From positions 1 to 64,000 of the forward strand of contig CAXXYE010000009.1 of NCBI GenBank assembly GCA_963674865.2: a DNA stretch of 64,000 nt, read 5' to 3'. Position numbers and translations under genes: made by a program. Position 1 is the stretch's first letter, and the number at the start of each line of letters is the position of its first letter. The notes beneath the pieces were generated by a model that did not search any database, was not told the origin of the DNA, and worked only from the letters and a program-made list of their open reading frames with translations. Source of the stretch: Candidatus Hydrogenedentota bacterium. GTDB lineage: Bacteria > Hydrogenedentota > Hydrogenedentia > Hydrogenedentales > SLHB01. Of this stretch, positions 20,824 through 30,069 are shown piece after piece.

Positions 20824-21111
20824 GAGATGACCTGGCGCCCAATGCGATCACGAGGAACTCGTGCGGCGGAGGAAGGGTGGTACTTTTCGGGAGATAACGG
20901 ACGAGAAGAGGACACAGCAACGGCCTCATCGATGAAGGGAATACCCGCAGGTTTTGGAGTCAGCAAGGTGGGGGTAGTGCCGTGTGCAAGTACTCCCTTG
21001 TATCGATGAGGCCGTCGCCGGTGTTAGAGCAGCGTTTCAGGTAGAATTTCTCGTCTCTCTGTATTCCTCACATCCAGCGCGGGGGCCTCTTGTGGGCGCC
21101 CGCCATCTCTC
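20824..21111 (-). ncRNA. Candidate structured ncRNA (about 290 nt, long rod with closing stem)
   Basis: Nested inverted repeats 21093-21109/20824-20841, 21048-21055/20900-20907 and 20985-21018/20917-20949. Nearly all mismatches are G-U on the minus strand. TATTAT at 21123-21118 lies just upstream. Confidence 0.55.
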
Positions 21112-21229
21112 TGGCCAATAATACAGACGACCACCGCACGCCGGAACAAAGTCCGCGGGAAGTTCCCGAGCCACCCCATTTTGCCCTTCAACGGCAAGTT
21201 GGAGCGCAGTCGCGCAAGTTTCCCAAATC

Positions 21230-21400
21230 AGCAGCAAAACCTACATTTATCAGAAATCCACCAGGATGTAAAGAAGAAAATGAGCCAAGCCTAAGTTATT
21301 ATAAATCATTGGGTTATAGCGAAAGGAAATAAGTTAAATCGCTCGCTAAATGTGCATAGTTTGAAAACTGGCGAGACGGTTTTGGGGACGGATTGTGAGA
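21230..21400. promoter_or_regulatory. AT-rich regulatory segment with an IHF-like site
   Basis: Sharp AT enrichment. AATCATTGGGTTA at 21304-21316 matches WATCARN4TTR with one mismatch. Confidence 0.4.
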
Positions 21401-21424
21401 GGTGAGTTCTTAGGGCCAGGCCGG

Positions 21425-22885
21425 CTACATCATGTAGCCCATCGATTCGATTTCCTCGCGTAGGCTGTCGCCAGCTTGCGTCCACTCAGGCGGGCCGAAA
21501 GTCGCGGCAAGCTGGGCATGCTCCCGGCGGGCGGCCTCGAAGCGGGCACGAAGCGCTTCGGCCCCTTCGATGGGGACTGCGTCACCCGAGAAGCGGTCCT
21601 TTCTTTCTTCCGGGTCCGCCGCTCTGTCGAAAAGCAGGAGTTTCTCGCCGCTATTGCGCGACATGACCTTCTTCGCGCCCAGGATCATCGATGCATCCCA
21701 GATCTCGGTTTCGGGGCGGTAATAGTCAAGTTCCGAGAATACGGGAGAGTCCTGCGTCACCGTCACGTTGCCCTCCGGCGAGAGCAGCGCCTTTCCTTGG
21801 AGATACTCGGGGACGTCCCCGCCCGCGATCGAAGCCAGCGTCGGATACAAGTCGAATCCACTCACGGTGTACGGCACGCGTACCGGGCGCCGCATTTCGG
21901 GGAGCCGGATAATGAGCGGCACGTGTAGCTCTTCATCGAAAAGGCAATTGCCGTGGTGGAAATAGCCGTGCTCGTTGAAGCTCTCGCCGTGGTCAGATGT
22001 CAATACCACCGCAGTGCGGTCGAAAAGCCGCCGCCGCTTCAGGAAGTGAACCAGCCGTGCGAACTGGAGGTCCACGAAGGCGATCTCGCCGTCGTAAAGT
22101 CGTTTCAAAAAGGCCAGCCCCTCCGGTGTGAGCTGCTGGAGGGGTGGGCGCTTGACGGCCTTGTCTTTGCTTTGACGGTTATAGAAGGACTTGAAAAGGT
22201 GAAGCAGCGCCTTGTCCTCCTCGGGCAACGCGTCCAGGGCCGCCTGAGGTGTCGTGCCGAATAGCGCCCGGAACGTTCCCTCCGGCGGCGTGTAGGGCCC
22301 GTGGGGATCCACGATGTGAATGAAGACGAAAAATGGCTGCTGCTCTGCCTTCTCATCGAGCCAGTCGAGGACGGCATCCATATGCTTCTGCGGATTCCAC
22401 GACAGCACATACTGGTATTCATCGAATCCGCCGGCGAATCCAAACTGCTTCTGCACGTGCGGATTCGATAGGAAAAGGGCCGTGTGATATCCCACGGCCT
22501 TGAGGTTTTCCGCGAGCGTCGTGAATTGTCCACGAAGGACCTGCACGTTCTTGGCGTCAATGTGCTTGATGTCCCACGAGGTGATGGCCGCCTGGTGCAC
22601 GCTCGGCAGAAGTCCCGTGTAGATGCTGCCGATGGAGGGCTTTGTCCAGGGTGACTGCGAGTAGCACTGCTCGAACACGACCGCCTGCTCGCTGAAGTGG
22701 TCGATGGCCGGCGAAGTCTGCACACCGTAGCCCTGGCAGCCGAGATGGTCGGCACGCAGCGTATCCGACAGCACCACGATGATGTTGGGCTTTTCCCCAG
22801 GCTTCATCGCCGCGCGGCGACACGAAAGGCCCGCCGTCGAGAGCACGGCCCCCGCGCTCAACGCCAGCATCTGGCGGCGGCTCAT
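21425..22885 (-). CDS. Tat-exported sulfatase-like hydrolase (alkaline phosphatase superfamily)
   Basis: SRRQML Tat motif and lipobox-like LSC; PNIIVVLSDTLRADH, SPWTKPS, DPHGPY, TSDHGE, HVPLI. Confidence 0.9.
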   Translation of the reverse strand: MSRRQMLALSAGAVLSTAGLSCRRAAMKPGEKPNIIVVLSDTLRADHLGCQGYGVQTSPAIDHFSEQAVVFEQCYSQSPWTKPSIGSIYTGLLPSVHQAAITSWDIKHIDAKNVQVLRGQFTTLAENLKAVGYHTALFLSNPHVQKQFGFAGGFDEYQYVLSWNPQKHMDAVLDWLDEKAEQQPFFVFIHIVDPHGPYTPPEGTFRALFGTTPQAALDALPEEDKALLHLFKSFYNRQSKDKAVKRPPLQQLTPEGLAFLKRLYDGEIAFVDLQFARLVHFLKRRRLFDRTAVVLTSDHGESFNEHGYFHHGNCLFDEELHVPLIIRLPEMRRPVRVPYTVSGFDLYPTLASIAGGDVPEYLQGKALLSPEGNVTVTQDSPVFSELDYYRPETEIWDASMILGAKKVMSRNSGEKLLLFDRAADPEERKDRFSGDAVPIEGAEALRARFEAARREHAQLAATFGPPEWTQAGDSLREEIESMGYMM

Positions 22886-23192
22886 TTTGCGTCCCGTCAC
22901 GGGCGCGCAGAGCGTCTGTTTCGTTCGGTTATACAAAGCCTATCAACCGATGGATCCCAAAGGCCGCAGTTCCGCAAGACAATCTCTGTCGGCCATCGCT
23001 CTGCGACGGCCTGCTTAAGCCTAGAACACACGGCCCCTTCTTCGCAAAGTCCCTTCGAGCAGGCCAGCCTTTGCAATTGACGTCCTCGTCCGAAAGCGGA
23101 AGGAAAGGCGTGTGTTTCGGCGGCAAGGCCATTATACTTGCGCCGCCGGAGGCGGTAATGCTCTCCCAAACGCACTTCCCGCGTGAGCCGGG

Positions 23193-25649
23193 ATGAATAA
23201 GGACAAGAAGCCATTGCTGTTTGTACTCATTTCCTGCCTGATGCTGTCTCTGCTGCTACTCACTGGCCAAGCCGCCGCCGAGGAAACCTGGGCCGTCGTC
23301 ATGCCTGAAGACCTTGCCGGCGATGAAGCCATTAAGGTGGCTGTGAATGACCTTGTCGACGCCGCGTCGGCGCGAGGCATCTCCATGCGCGTCGTTGACG
23401 AGGGCGTTCCGCCAGATCTTCCCGCCGTCATCGTTGGCGGCCCCGGCCGGAATGCCGACGCCCGCCGCCTTAACGAGGACACGCCTCTCCCCCTGTCGGG
23501 CGTGGCAAATCCTGAGGGCTACGAGATTATCACCCTCACGGGCCGTGGCCCAACGCGTATTGTCGTTGCCGGGGGCGATTCGCCGCTCGCGCTGCCTTAC
23601 GGCATCTACTGGCTCTGGGATCGCCTACGTGTTCAGGGCACTATGCCCGTTGTGAATGTGAAGCATGAGCCGGCTATCGAGCAGCGATACACGCGGATCG
23701 AGGTTCGTGAAGAGGAGGATATCCGGCGTGCGCTTCGGCACCGCCTCAATATGGTGTTCGGCGCCGGCCCCCTCGGTTTGGTTCCCTGGCGAAGCGAACC
23801 GGAGCGTTCGGAAAGCGAGGAGGCCCGCGCCGAAATCGGCAGGCTCATCGACTATGCCCACCGCCTTCACATGAAGTTCATCAGTTTCGGCACGGATTTC
23901 ACGTATCACCCGGAGCTTCTTGAGGAATTCGGCGCCACGTTGAGTCCCGAGGATCCGCGCTTCTGGGATGCCCTCCAGGCCAAGTATCGAAGGCTGTTTG
24001 AGGTCCTGCCCGAGCTCGACGGCGTCGCCACCTTCGTGGCTGATGAGCAGCGCTACTGGGGGAACTACCGCAAGTTTGACGTGCTCCGCGGCGGGGAGTC
24101 GGACTGGTGCATGGAGAAGCGCCACCGGCTCTTCGTTACCAAGGTCTGGGAGGTGGTCGTCGGCGACTTCGACAAGCTCCTGCTGCACCGCACCTGGGCA
24201 ACCAACATGTACGATCAGCAGGCGCAGCCGGACGTGTACCGGCGCATTTTCACGGATGAAGTGCCGACGAAGAATCTGTTCATCATCCCCAGTTTCACGC
24301 AGAATGATCGGTGGTGGTTCCAGGCCTACAATCCAACGCTCAACCAGACGCCGCACAGCACCATGGTTGTCACGGAGCCCATGGACTACCACGCCGACGG
24401 CAAGGTCTTTCCGACCTTCCCGGGATTCTACTTCCAGGCCGGCCTCCAGGCCATGCTCGATGTGCCTGGGAGCAATCTGAAGGGCGCAAGCCTCGACGTC
24501 GCCCGCCAGGCCGGCTGGCGGCGCTCCAACCTCACGGCCTACACCGCCTCACGCCTCTTCTGGAATTATCACCAGGATCCGAGAGGCATCGCCGAAGACT
24601 TTGCGGCAATCCAGTGTGGCCCCGAGGCAGCCAAAGGCATGGGCGAGATCATCGCCATGACGCCCACGGCCTACAAGTACGGCCTTTACATTGAGCCGGC
24701 CGCCTACGGCGAGTTCAATTCGCTGCCACACATACGCGTAGGACAGTTTATCGCCGAGGGATACACGGACATCGACGGCGGTAAGGTGCACATCGACTTC
24801 CTGCACGAACTCTACCTCCGCTGCAAGCCGTGGCTCGAAGAGACACTGATGTATCTCGACCACGGCCTGCGAACCGCCGAGGCCATGGCCGCCAAGTACG
24901 GCGACGTCAAGCCGCACATCGCCGACGCCGGCCTCGCCGCCGACCTCGAAGAGAGCCTTGAACTCACGCGGCTACTCATCACGACGAACAATCGCTACGT
25001 CAAGACCTTCCTGGCCTACTTCATCTACCGCGAGAACCGGTGCGAGGCCGACCGCGAGAAGCTCGCCTCCCTCACAGCCGACCTGGAAGCCACCCGAAAT
25101 GCCTTCGCTCACGCTCCCGGCTTCGAGTATCAGCTCTTCGGCGTCGACGTACTCATTGCCAACGCAAAGCAGATGCTCGAAGACCCCGAGCGCGCCGAGG
25201 CCACGCTCGCCAGCGCGCCCTCAACCGAGGAGATCGAGCGCGACGCCATACAGCAGCAGGGCGCCTTCGCTGCATTCCTCGAACAACACGCCGGCGAAGC
25301 GCAGAAGATCCTTCACTGGCGGGGGAAGATCGACGGAAGCGACCTCCTGCGTATGTCCGGGGAGCGCGTGGAGATCGAGCACCTTCGCTGGGACGCCCCA
25401 AGCGTCGAAGTCTGCGAAGTCATCGCGCCGCTTCCCGGCAGCCCCGGAACCGTGATCATCAAGGATATCGCCACGGAACCATTGCACCCGTTTGTGATCG
25501 ACCAGCCTCGGGCGGAGAACGGCTTTACCGTCGAGATCTACCTGAATGACAAGCCTGGCGGCGCGAATTGGTGGGAGTTCGACCTCTACTTCATCCCCAA
25601 ACCGCCCAGAGCCCTCGGCCTCAAGGAGACGATGAAGGCCGGAGGTTAG
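23193..25649 (+). CDS. Secreted glycoside-hydrolase-like protein (GH20/GH67/GH115-type N-terminal domain)
   Basis: Signal peptide; EGYEII...VVAGGDSPLALPYGIYWL N-domain pattern; 818 aa. Confidence 0.6.
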   Translation: MNKDKKPLLFVLISCLMLSLLLLTGQAAAEETWAVVMPEDLAGDEAIKVAVNDLVDAASARGISMRVVDEGVPPDLPAVIVGGPGRNADARRLNEDTPLPLSGVANPEGYEIITLTGRGPTRIVVAGGDSPLALPYGIYWLWDRLRVQGTMPVVNVKHEPAIEQRYTRIEVREEEDIRRALRHRLNMVFGAGPLGLVPWRSEPERSESEEARAEIGRLIDYAHRLHMKFISFGTDFTYHPELLEEFGATLSPEDPRFWDALQAKYRRLFEVLPELDGVATFVADEQRYWGNYRKFDVLRGGESDWCMEKRHRLFVTKVWEVVVGDFDKLLLHRTWATNMYDQQAQPDVYRRIFTDEVPTKNLFIIPSFTQNDRWWFQAYNPTLNQTPHSTMVVTEPMDYHADGKVFPTFPGFYFQAGLQAMLDVPGSNLKGASLDVARQAGWRRSNLTAYTASRLFWNYHQDPRGIAEDFAAIQCGPEAAKGMGEIIAMTPTAYKYGLYIEPAAYGEFNSLPHIRVGQFIAEGYTDIDGGKVHIDFLHELYLRCKPWLEETLMYLDHGLRTAEAMAAKYGDVKPHIADAGLAADLEESLELTRLLITTNNRYVKTFLAYFIYRENRCEADREKLASLTADLEATRNAFAHAPGFEYQLFGVDVLIANAKQMLEDPERAEATLASAPSTEEIERDAIQQQGAFAAFLEQHAGEAQKILHWRGKIDGSDLLRMSGERVEIEHLRWDAPSVEVCEVIAPLPGSPGTVIIKDIATEPLHPFVIDQPRAENGFTVEIYLNDKPGGANWWEFDLYFIPKPPRALGLKETMKAGG

Positions 25650-25706
25650 ACGCCTCGCTGCTCATGCCGTCTGCGCGCCGCCTCGCGGTATCGTGCCCCT
25701 GCCGCC

Positions 25707-25967
25707 TCAGTCCGCTTTGCGTGTGCGATCGCCTATCCCCGCGAGCAGGCCGGCGACGGAGATATCCTCGTCCAATTCGTTCCAATGCAATCCCGTTCCG
25801 CCCCCGCTGATGGTATAGCTTTCCCGTTGTCCAGAGGTGGCGCGCGGCAGCCGCGGGAAGTAGGCGAGAGGGACGCCGAGCTGCCGTCCGTCGGCGAGGT
25901 TAAGCCAGAGCGTGTCCGCGTCGAACCGCAATTGCGTTGCCATAGGTTCAGCTACCGAAGTGCTCAT
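25707..25967 (-). CDS. DUF2442 protein (putative antitoxin)
   Basis: LADGRQLGVPLAYFPRL and GLHWNELDEDISVAGLL. Confidence 0.88.
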   Translation of the reverse strand: MSTSVAEPMATQLRFDADTLWLNLADGRQLGVPLAYFPRLPRATSGQRESYTISGGGTGLHWNELDEDISVAGLLAGIGDRTRKAD

Positions 25968-26191
25968 CCCAGTACCTCATAATGTCTTGTTTTCTCTCAA
26001 TCGCCACATCCAGCAATTCACGGAGTTCACGTGACGACATAGCATACGAGGCTGCTACGGCCGGTTCCGGCTCAAGCCAGAACTTGGCCACCGCCTCTCC
26101 TCTCCGGACGTGGATACGCAGCGGCTCCCTGCCCCCCCTCATTCGAGTAGAAGAAAAACCTATAGCCTCCATGTCTGAAGACAACCGGCAT
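25948..26191 (-). CDS. DUF4160 protein (putative toxin), frameshifted at a G7 tract (26132-26138)
   Basis: ATG 26191 gives MPVVFRHGGYRFFFYSNEG. With G6 it continues GREPLRIHVRRGEAVAKFWLEP...WDEHFGS. Overlaps DUF2442. Confidence 0.82.
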
Positions 26192-26299
26192 ATGCGAATA
26201 CTATATCATCAAGTAGCTGGCTACGAAGCGTGCAGTGCCCGCCGTCGGGAGGCCCCGCCCCTATTCCTTCTTCCCCACAGGCGCGCGGCAAGCTTTCTC

Positions 26300-26335
26300 T
26301 TGACTTGTGACGTCTAGACGTCTTACGCTAGACAC
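26300..26335 (+). promoter_or_regulatory. Sigma70-like promoter with a perfect 14-bp palindrome in the spacer
   Basis: TTGACT (26300-26305), 18 nt, TACGCT (26324-26329). GACGTCTAGACGTC at 26309-26322. ATG 7 nt after the -10 with no SD. Confidence 0.6.
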
Positions 26336-27478
26336 ATGAGTGAGGAGTCGCCTCGATACGCCCCCGGCCGGGTGCGCGATGCCATTGTTCAGGCGCTTAC
26401 CTTGACCTCCGAGGCTCTATCGCTCAGACAGATTGAGGATAGAGTCTCGAAGATAATCGGTCCCACGCCGACATCGTCCGTGAGGTCCTATCTCCGCCTT
26501 AACACGCCGGGGATGTTTGTCCGGGAGAAGCGCGGAGTGTATCGCGTCAGGGCCGAGTACGCAGCCGGCCTGCAACGCGAGAGCGCCGAAACAGTCAAGT
26601 GGGAAAAGCCTCTCACGTTCGGCGGCGCGGAGTTGCACCATGCCGACTGCTTCGACTGGCTCGAACGCCAGAAAGAGAATAGCATTCATGCCGTCGTGAC
26701 GGATCCGCCCTACGGCCTGCATGAATACTCGCCTGAGCAGCAGGTCAAACTCCGCAGCCGAAAGGGCGGTGTGTGGCGGATTCCCCCTTCCTTTGACGGC
26801 CACGCCAGAGCGCCTTTGCCCCGTTTCACCACGCTTACCGATGTCCAGCGTGAGGAACTCCGCACGTTCTTCTTCGTCTGGGCACGGCTGCTGCTCCCGA
26901 AACTTGTGCCGGGAGGACATGTGGTCGTGGCATCGAATCCGCTGCTCTCCTTTATCGTGTCCGGCGCGCTGGCGGATGCCGGGCTGGAGCGCCGCGGAGA
27001 GATCATACGACTCGTGATGACAATGCGAGGGGGGGATCGACCCAAAGCCGCTCATGAGGAGTTCAGGGATGTCAGCGTCATGCCGCGCTCTATGTGGGAG
27101 CCGTGGATCGCCTTCAGGAGGCCCATCGAGGGGCGCGTCCAGGATAACCTACGCAAGTGGAAGACGGGCGGCTTCCGCCGTCCTCAAGCGGGCAAACCTT
27201 TCGGTGATGTCATCCCCTCGGCGCCTACACGCAAGAATGAGCGCAGTCTGGCGCCGCATCCCAGCCTCAAGCCGCAGGCCTTTCTGCGCCGGCTGGTAAG
27301 GGGGATTCTGCCCTTGGGCGAAGGATGCGTATTGGATCCCTTTGCAGGCGCCGGATCGACGCTGGCTGCCGCCGAAGCGGTTGGCTACCAGAGCGTGGGC
27401 GTTGAGAAAGATCGCTTCTACTTCGAGATGGCGCGCGAGGCCATCCCCAGACTCATCAAATTCCGGCCCAACGGCTAA
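26336..27478 (+). CDS. Beta-class amino (N6A/N4C) DNA methyltransferase with an N-terminal winged-HTH-like domain
   Basis: VTDPPY precedes HPSLKP and LDPFAGAGST. The first ~70 aa look like a helix-helix-helix-wing fold. Confidence 0.92.
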   Translation: MSEESPRYAPGRVRDAIVQALTLTSEALSLRQIEDRVSKIIGPTPTSSVRSYLRLNTPGMFVREKRGVYRVRAEYAAGLQRESAETVKWEKPLTFGGAELHHADCFDWLERQKENSIHAVVTDPPYGLHEYSPEQQVKLRSRKGGVWRIPPSFDGHARAPLPRFTTLTDVQREELRTFFFVWARLLLPKLVPGGHVVVASNPLLSFIVSGALADAGLERRGEIIRLVMTMRGGDRPKAAHEEFRDVSVMPRSMWEPWIAFRRPIEGRVQDNLRKWKTGGFRRPQAGKPFGDVIPSAPTRKNERSLAPHPSLKPQAFLRRLVRGILPLGEGCVLDPFAGAGSTLAAAEAVGYQSVGVEKDRFYFEMAREAIPRLIKFRPNG

Positions 27479-28077
27479 AGCTTGTACAGCCAATTCTCCC
27501 GCAGCTTCTTGATGCCCTCGCGGTGCAGCGTTGCCGTCCTGGTGCCCAATTCGCCGCGAGCATTGCGCCGGAAATCTTCCTCAAGCACCTGGCCCAGATA
27601 GACCTCCGTGAAGGACATCGGCCTCCTGTCGCATGCCGGCTCGCGCTTCGTGTCAACGTCATACACGAACACGCACATCCACTGGTTTCTGGCCCCGTGT
27701 GTATCGACCGCCCCGCCCGCTTTGCGCGTGGTCTTGATCTCGATCCCTTCCTCTCCCGCCTTGACGGAATTCTCGGGATAGATGCCCTGGACAACGAGGT
27801 CCGGGTGGCCGTTGAAATAGCCGTTCTCCGTCAACACCCGCGAGTGTTTGGCCAGACTTGCCGTCAGCATATCCGAGAGCACGCCCGACATGATGGCGGG
27901 CCGCAGCATATCGTCCAGTCGTTGAAGGCCCTTCTCGGCAAGGTGTGAGTTGACGTCGTAGAAGAAGTCGTACACATCCTGCATGGCCATCTGGAAGTCG
28001 TTGAGCCGCAGTTCGTAGGGAAGGACGGCGGCAGAGTTGAACCTGGTTGGATCGGCTAGGTTGCGTACTGTCGGCAT
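27475..28077 (-). CDS. Putative type II restriction endonuclease (PD-(D/E)XK)
   Basis: GHPDLV...GIEIK motif. Convergent with the MTase, with overlapping stop codons. Confidence 0.7.
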   Translation of the reverse strand: MPTVRNLADPTRFNSAAVLPYELRLNDFQMAMQDVYDFFYDVNSHLAEKGLQRLDDMLRPAIMSGVLSDMLTASLAKHSRVLTENGYFNGHPDLVVQGIYPENSVKAGEEGIEIKTTRKAGGAVDTHGARNQWMCVFVYDVDTKREPACDRRPMSFTEVYLGQVLEEDFRRNARGELGTRTATLHREGIKKLRENWLYKL

Positions 28078-28207
28078 GTGAATAGGGCCCCGCGTCACGT
28101 TCCCACCTCAAACCACGGCCCCGCCAGTCTGCCCGAGATACAGCACAGTGTCAATTCGCGCGCCTGCACGCGGCCATCAGCAAGCGAAGCCGGCATTCCG
28201 CAAGTGC

Positions 28208-28579
28208 TCACGGATTGACGGCGTAGACGAGGAGCAGGCCGATGACAACGGCTACCACTGCCCAGGCGCGGACAAAGAAGGCGCCCCGGGCCGCCCACCA
28301 CGCGAGTACGCTGCGGAAACGCTCGACGCCGAACATGGGCGTCGCCACACCGACGATAGTCGCGGCAACGCCAAGAACCCGCAAGATGAGCGGTGCACGG
28401 GAGTCCGGTGCGGCCAGGAAGACAGCCACACCCAGGCCTATTCGCATCAAGCCGATGACATACAGTCCAGTTCGGCTCTGCCAACGTTGAACGAACGCGA
28501 TAAGTCGCCCCGGCGCTACCACGCCCACGCCGCCCAGCAGCGCGACAAACGTACCAAAGGCGCTCACAATCAGTGTCAT
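28208..28579 (-). CDS. Small multi-TM membrane protein
   Basis: Four hydrophobic segments; GGGAGGG RBS before MTLIVS. Confidence 0.7.
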   Translation of the reverse strand: MTLIVSAFGTFVALLGGVGVVAPGRLIAFVQRWQSRTGLYVIGLMRIGLGVAVFLAAPDSRAPLILRVLGVAATIVGVATPMFGVERFRSVLAWWAARGAFFVRAWAVVAVVIGLLLVYAVNP

Positions 28580-28645
28580 GCTACGCCCTCCCAAGGGCTT
28601 GTGGGGTGCCGGGCAAGCCGCGAACACCGCAGCTGACTCCGGGGC

Positions 28646-29842
28646 CTAATCCTCTGGCGCGGCCTTGGCTGTGTGTTGTTGTCTTTCCTTGAGCACGTCA
28701 AGGATAGTATCTGCGTAGAGCGCAAATCCGTAGTCCTTGACCTCATAACTCTTTGTCGCGATGCCGCATAGAGCACCGTGCTGGTCGAGGATAGGCCCGC
28801 CGCTGCTTCCCGAGTAGATGGTTGCGTCAGTCTGCAGGTAGATATCGCGTAGAGCTGACACGACGCCCGCCGTGAAGGTGTGTTTCAATCCAATCGGACT
28901 GCCAATGGCATAGACGGCCTGCCCTACCTGAAGATTAGACCTAAGGTTAAGCTTGATAGTTTCAGCGTAGGGGCCCATGCCTTCAACCGCGAGCAGGGCA
29001 ACGTCATGCTCACGTGAATAGAAATCCAGCGTCGCGTCAAATCGTGCGCCGGATTCTTGCTCTACCTCGATTCTTGCCCAATCCCATGGCCGCCCCTTCA
29101 TTCTGTCTGCGCCGTGAACGACGTGGCGGTTGGTTACCACGTAAACGGTTCCTAGGTCATCCTCGCCAATGACGAAACCTGACCCACTTGCGAAAGGCTC
29201 ATAGTTTCGGAAGATGACCACTCTGACAATCGCCTTGCGGGCCTGAGCGAAAACCGCTTCGCCCGACTCCAGCGTTGCTGCCTCCGCATGCTGCGGGTCG
29301 AGTATTGCGACAACGATGTCCTTCCCCGTGCATTCCTCTTCGGGAGTGATGACGCTCTTATGAAGAACGAAGTAGGCGACAAGCGGGATACATACCAGCC
29401 ATATGCTCGCCGCCAGGGCTATCCCCCGAACGCGCCAAAGTACGTCGAGAGCCAGCCGCGCGCGGGACTTCCTCTGTGCGGCGCAGAGCTTCTTGTGGTA
29501 CGCCCAGAAGCCTACACCGCACGTCTTCCTCAACGCCCGGAGAAACCTAAGCTCCTCGAGTCTCAGTCGCTTGTCCGACGCGATGGTATCCAGGCAGGTA
29601 TCCAGCACGTAGGCCTTTTCCTGCGCGCCGAGTTGCGCCGCCTCGGCCAGGACTTGTCCCTCGTTCTGGTCCTGAAGCCGGAGTTCATTCAGGGCCTTCC
29701 GTTCGTCTTCGTTATCGGCGAGTGTCTCGATCAGGTGGGAGAGATGTTTCCTCTCGTCGGACGAAGCGCTGCTGTCCGACCAGACCGCCACGAGGCACGC
29801 CCTGAAAACAAGAGACTTCAGGTTCTGGTCGACATCGCTCAT
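28646..29842 (-). CDS. TerB-like domain + TM helix + trypsin-like (S1C/HtrA-type, no PDZ) serine protease
   Basis: AVWSDSSASSDER...IASDKRLRLEELRFL (TerB-like); GSGFVI, TNRHVV, DVALL, IGSPIG, QTDATIYSGSSGGP. Confidence 0.82.
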   Translation of the reverse strand: MSDVDQNLKSLVFRACLVAVWSDSSASSDERKHLSHLIETLADNEDERKALNELRLQDQNEGQVLAEAAQLGAQEKAYVLDTCLDTIASDKRLRLEELRFLRALRKTCGVGFWAYHKKLCAAQRKSRARLALDVLWRVRGIALAASIWLVCIPLVAYFVLHKSVITPEEECTGKDIVVAILDPQHAEAATLESGEAVFAQARKAIVRVVIFRNYEPFASGSGFVIGEDDLGTVYVVTNRHVVHGADRMKGRPWDWARIEVEQESGARFDATLDFYSREHDVALLAVEGMGPYAETIKLNLRSNLQVGQAVYAIGSPIGLKHTFTAGVVSALRDIYLQTDATIYSGSSGGPILDQHGALCGIATKSYEVKDYGFALYADTILDVLKERQQHTAKAAPED

Positions 29843-30069
29843 CCCCGCACATCCCGTATTCGGCCCGGCGAGACTCTCCCGCTGGGGCCCTTGCTCTAGG
29901 ATTATGTCACACCCTTTTCAGGCACAGAATGGCCGATGGCACGGCAAAAAGCAACTGTCTCTACGCACTTGGATGGGACGCCGCACAGGTAGTTCATCTC
30001 GATGGCGGCAGCCGGCGCGTTTGTGCATAATGCCGAGTCATTGAGCACAAAGGCAGGGAGAAGCCGGAC

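Noticed and set aside
20911..21030. Integron attC site or retron msr-msd interpretation of the long hairpin
   Set aside because: The AAC pairs with GTC rather than GTT, there is no unpaired R-L spacer, and there is no integrase or reverse transcriptase in the window.
21160..21180. Sigma54 promoter-like TGGCTCG on the minus strand
   Set aside because: The -12 GC is missing at the required spacing.
21230..21420. CRISPR leader/array
   Set aside because: No repeat-spacer units on either side and no cas genes.
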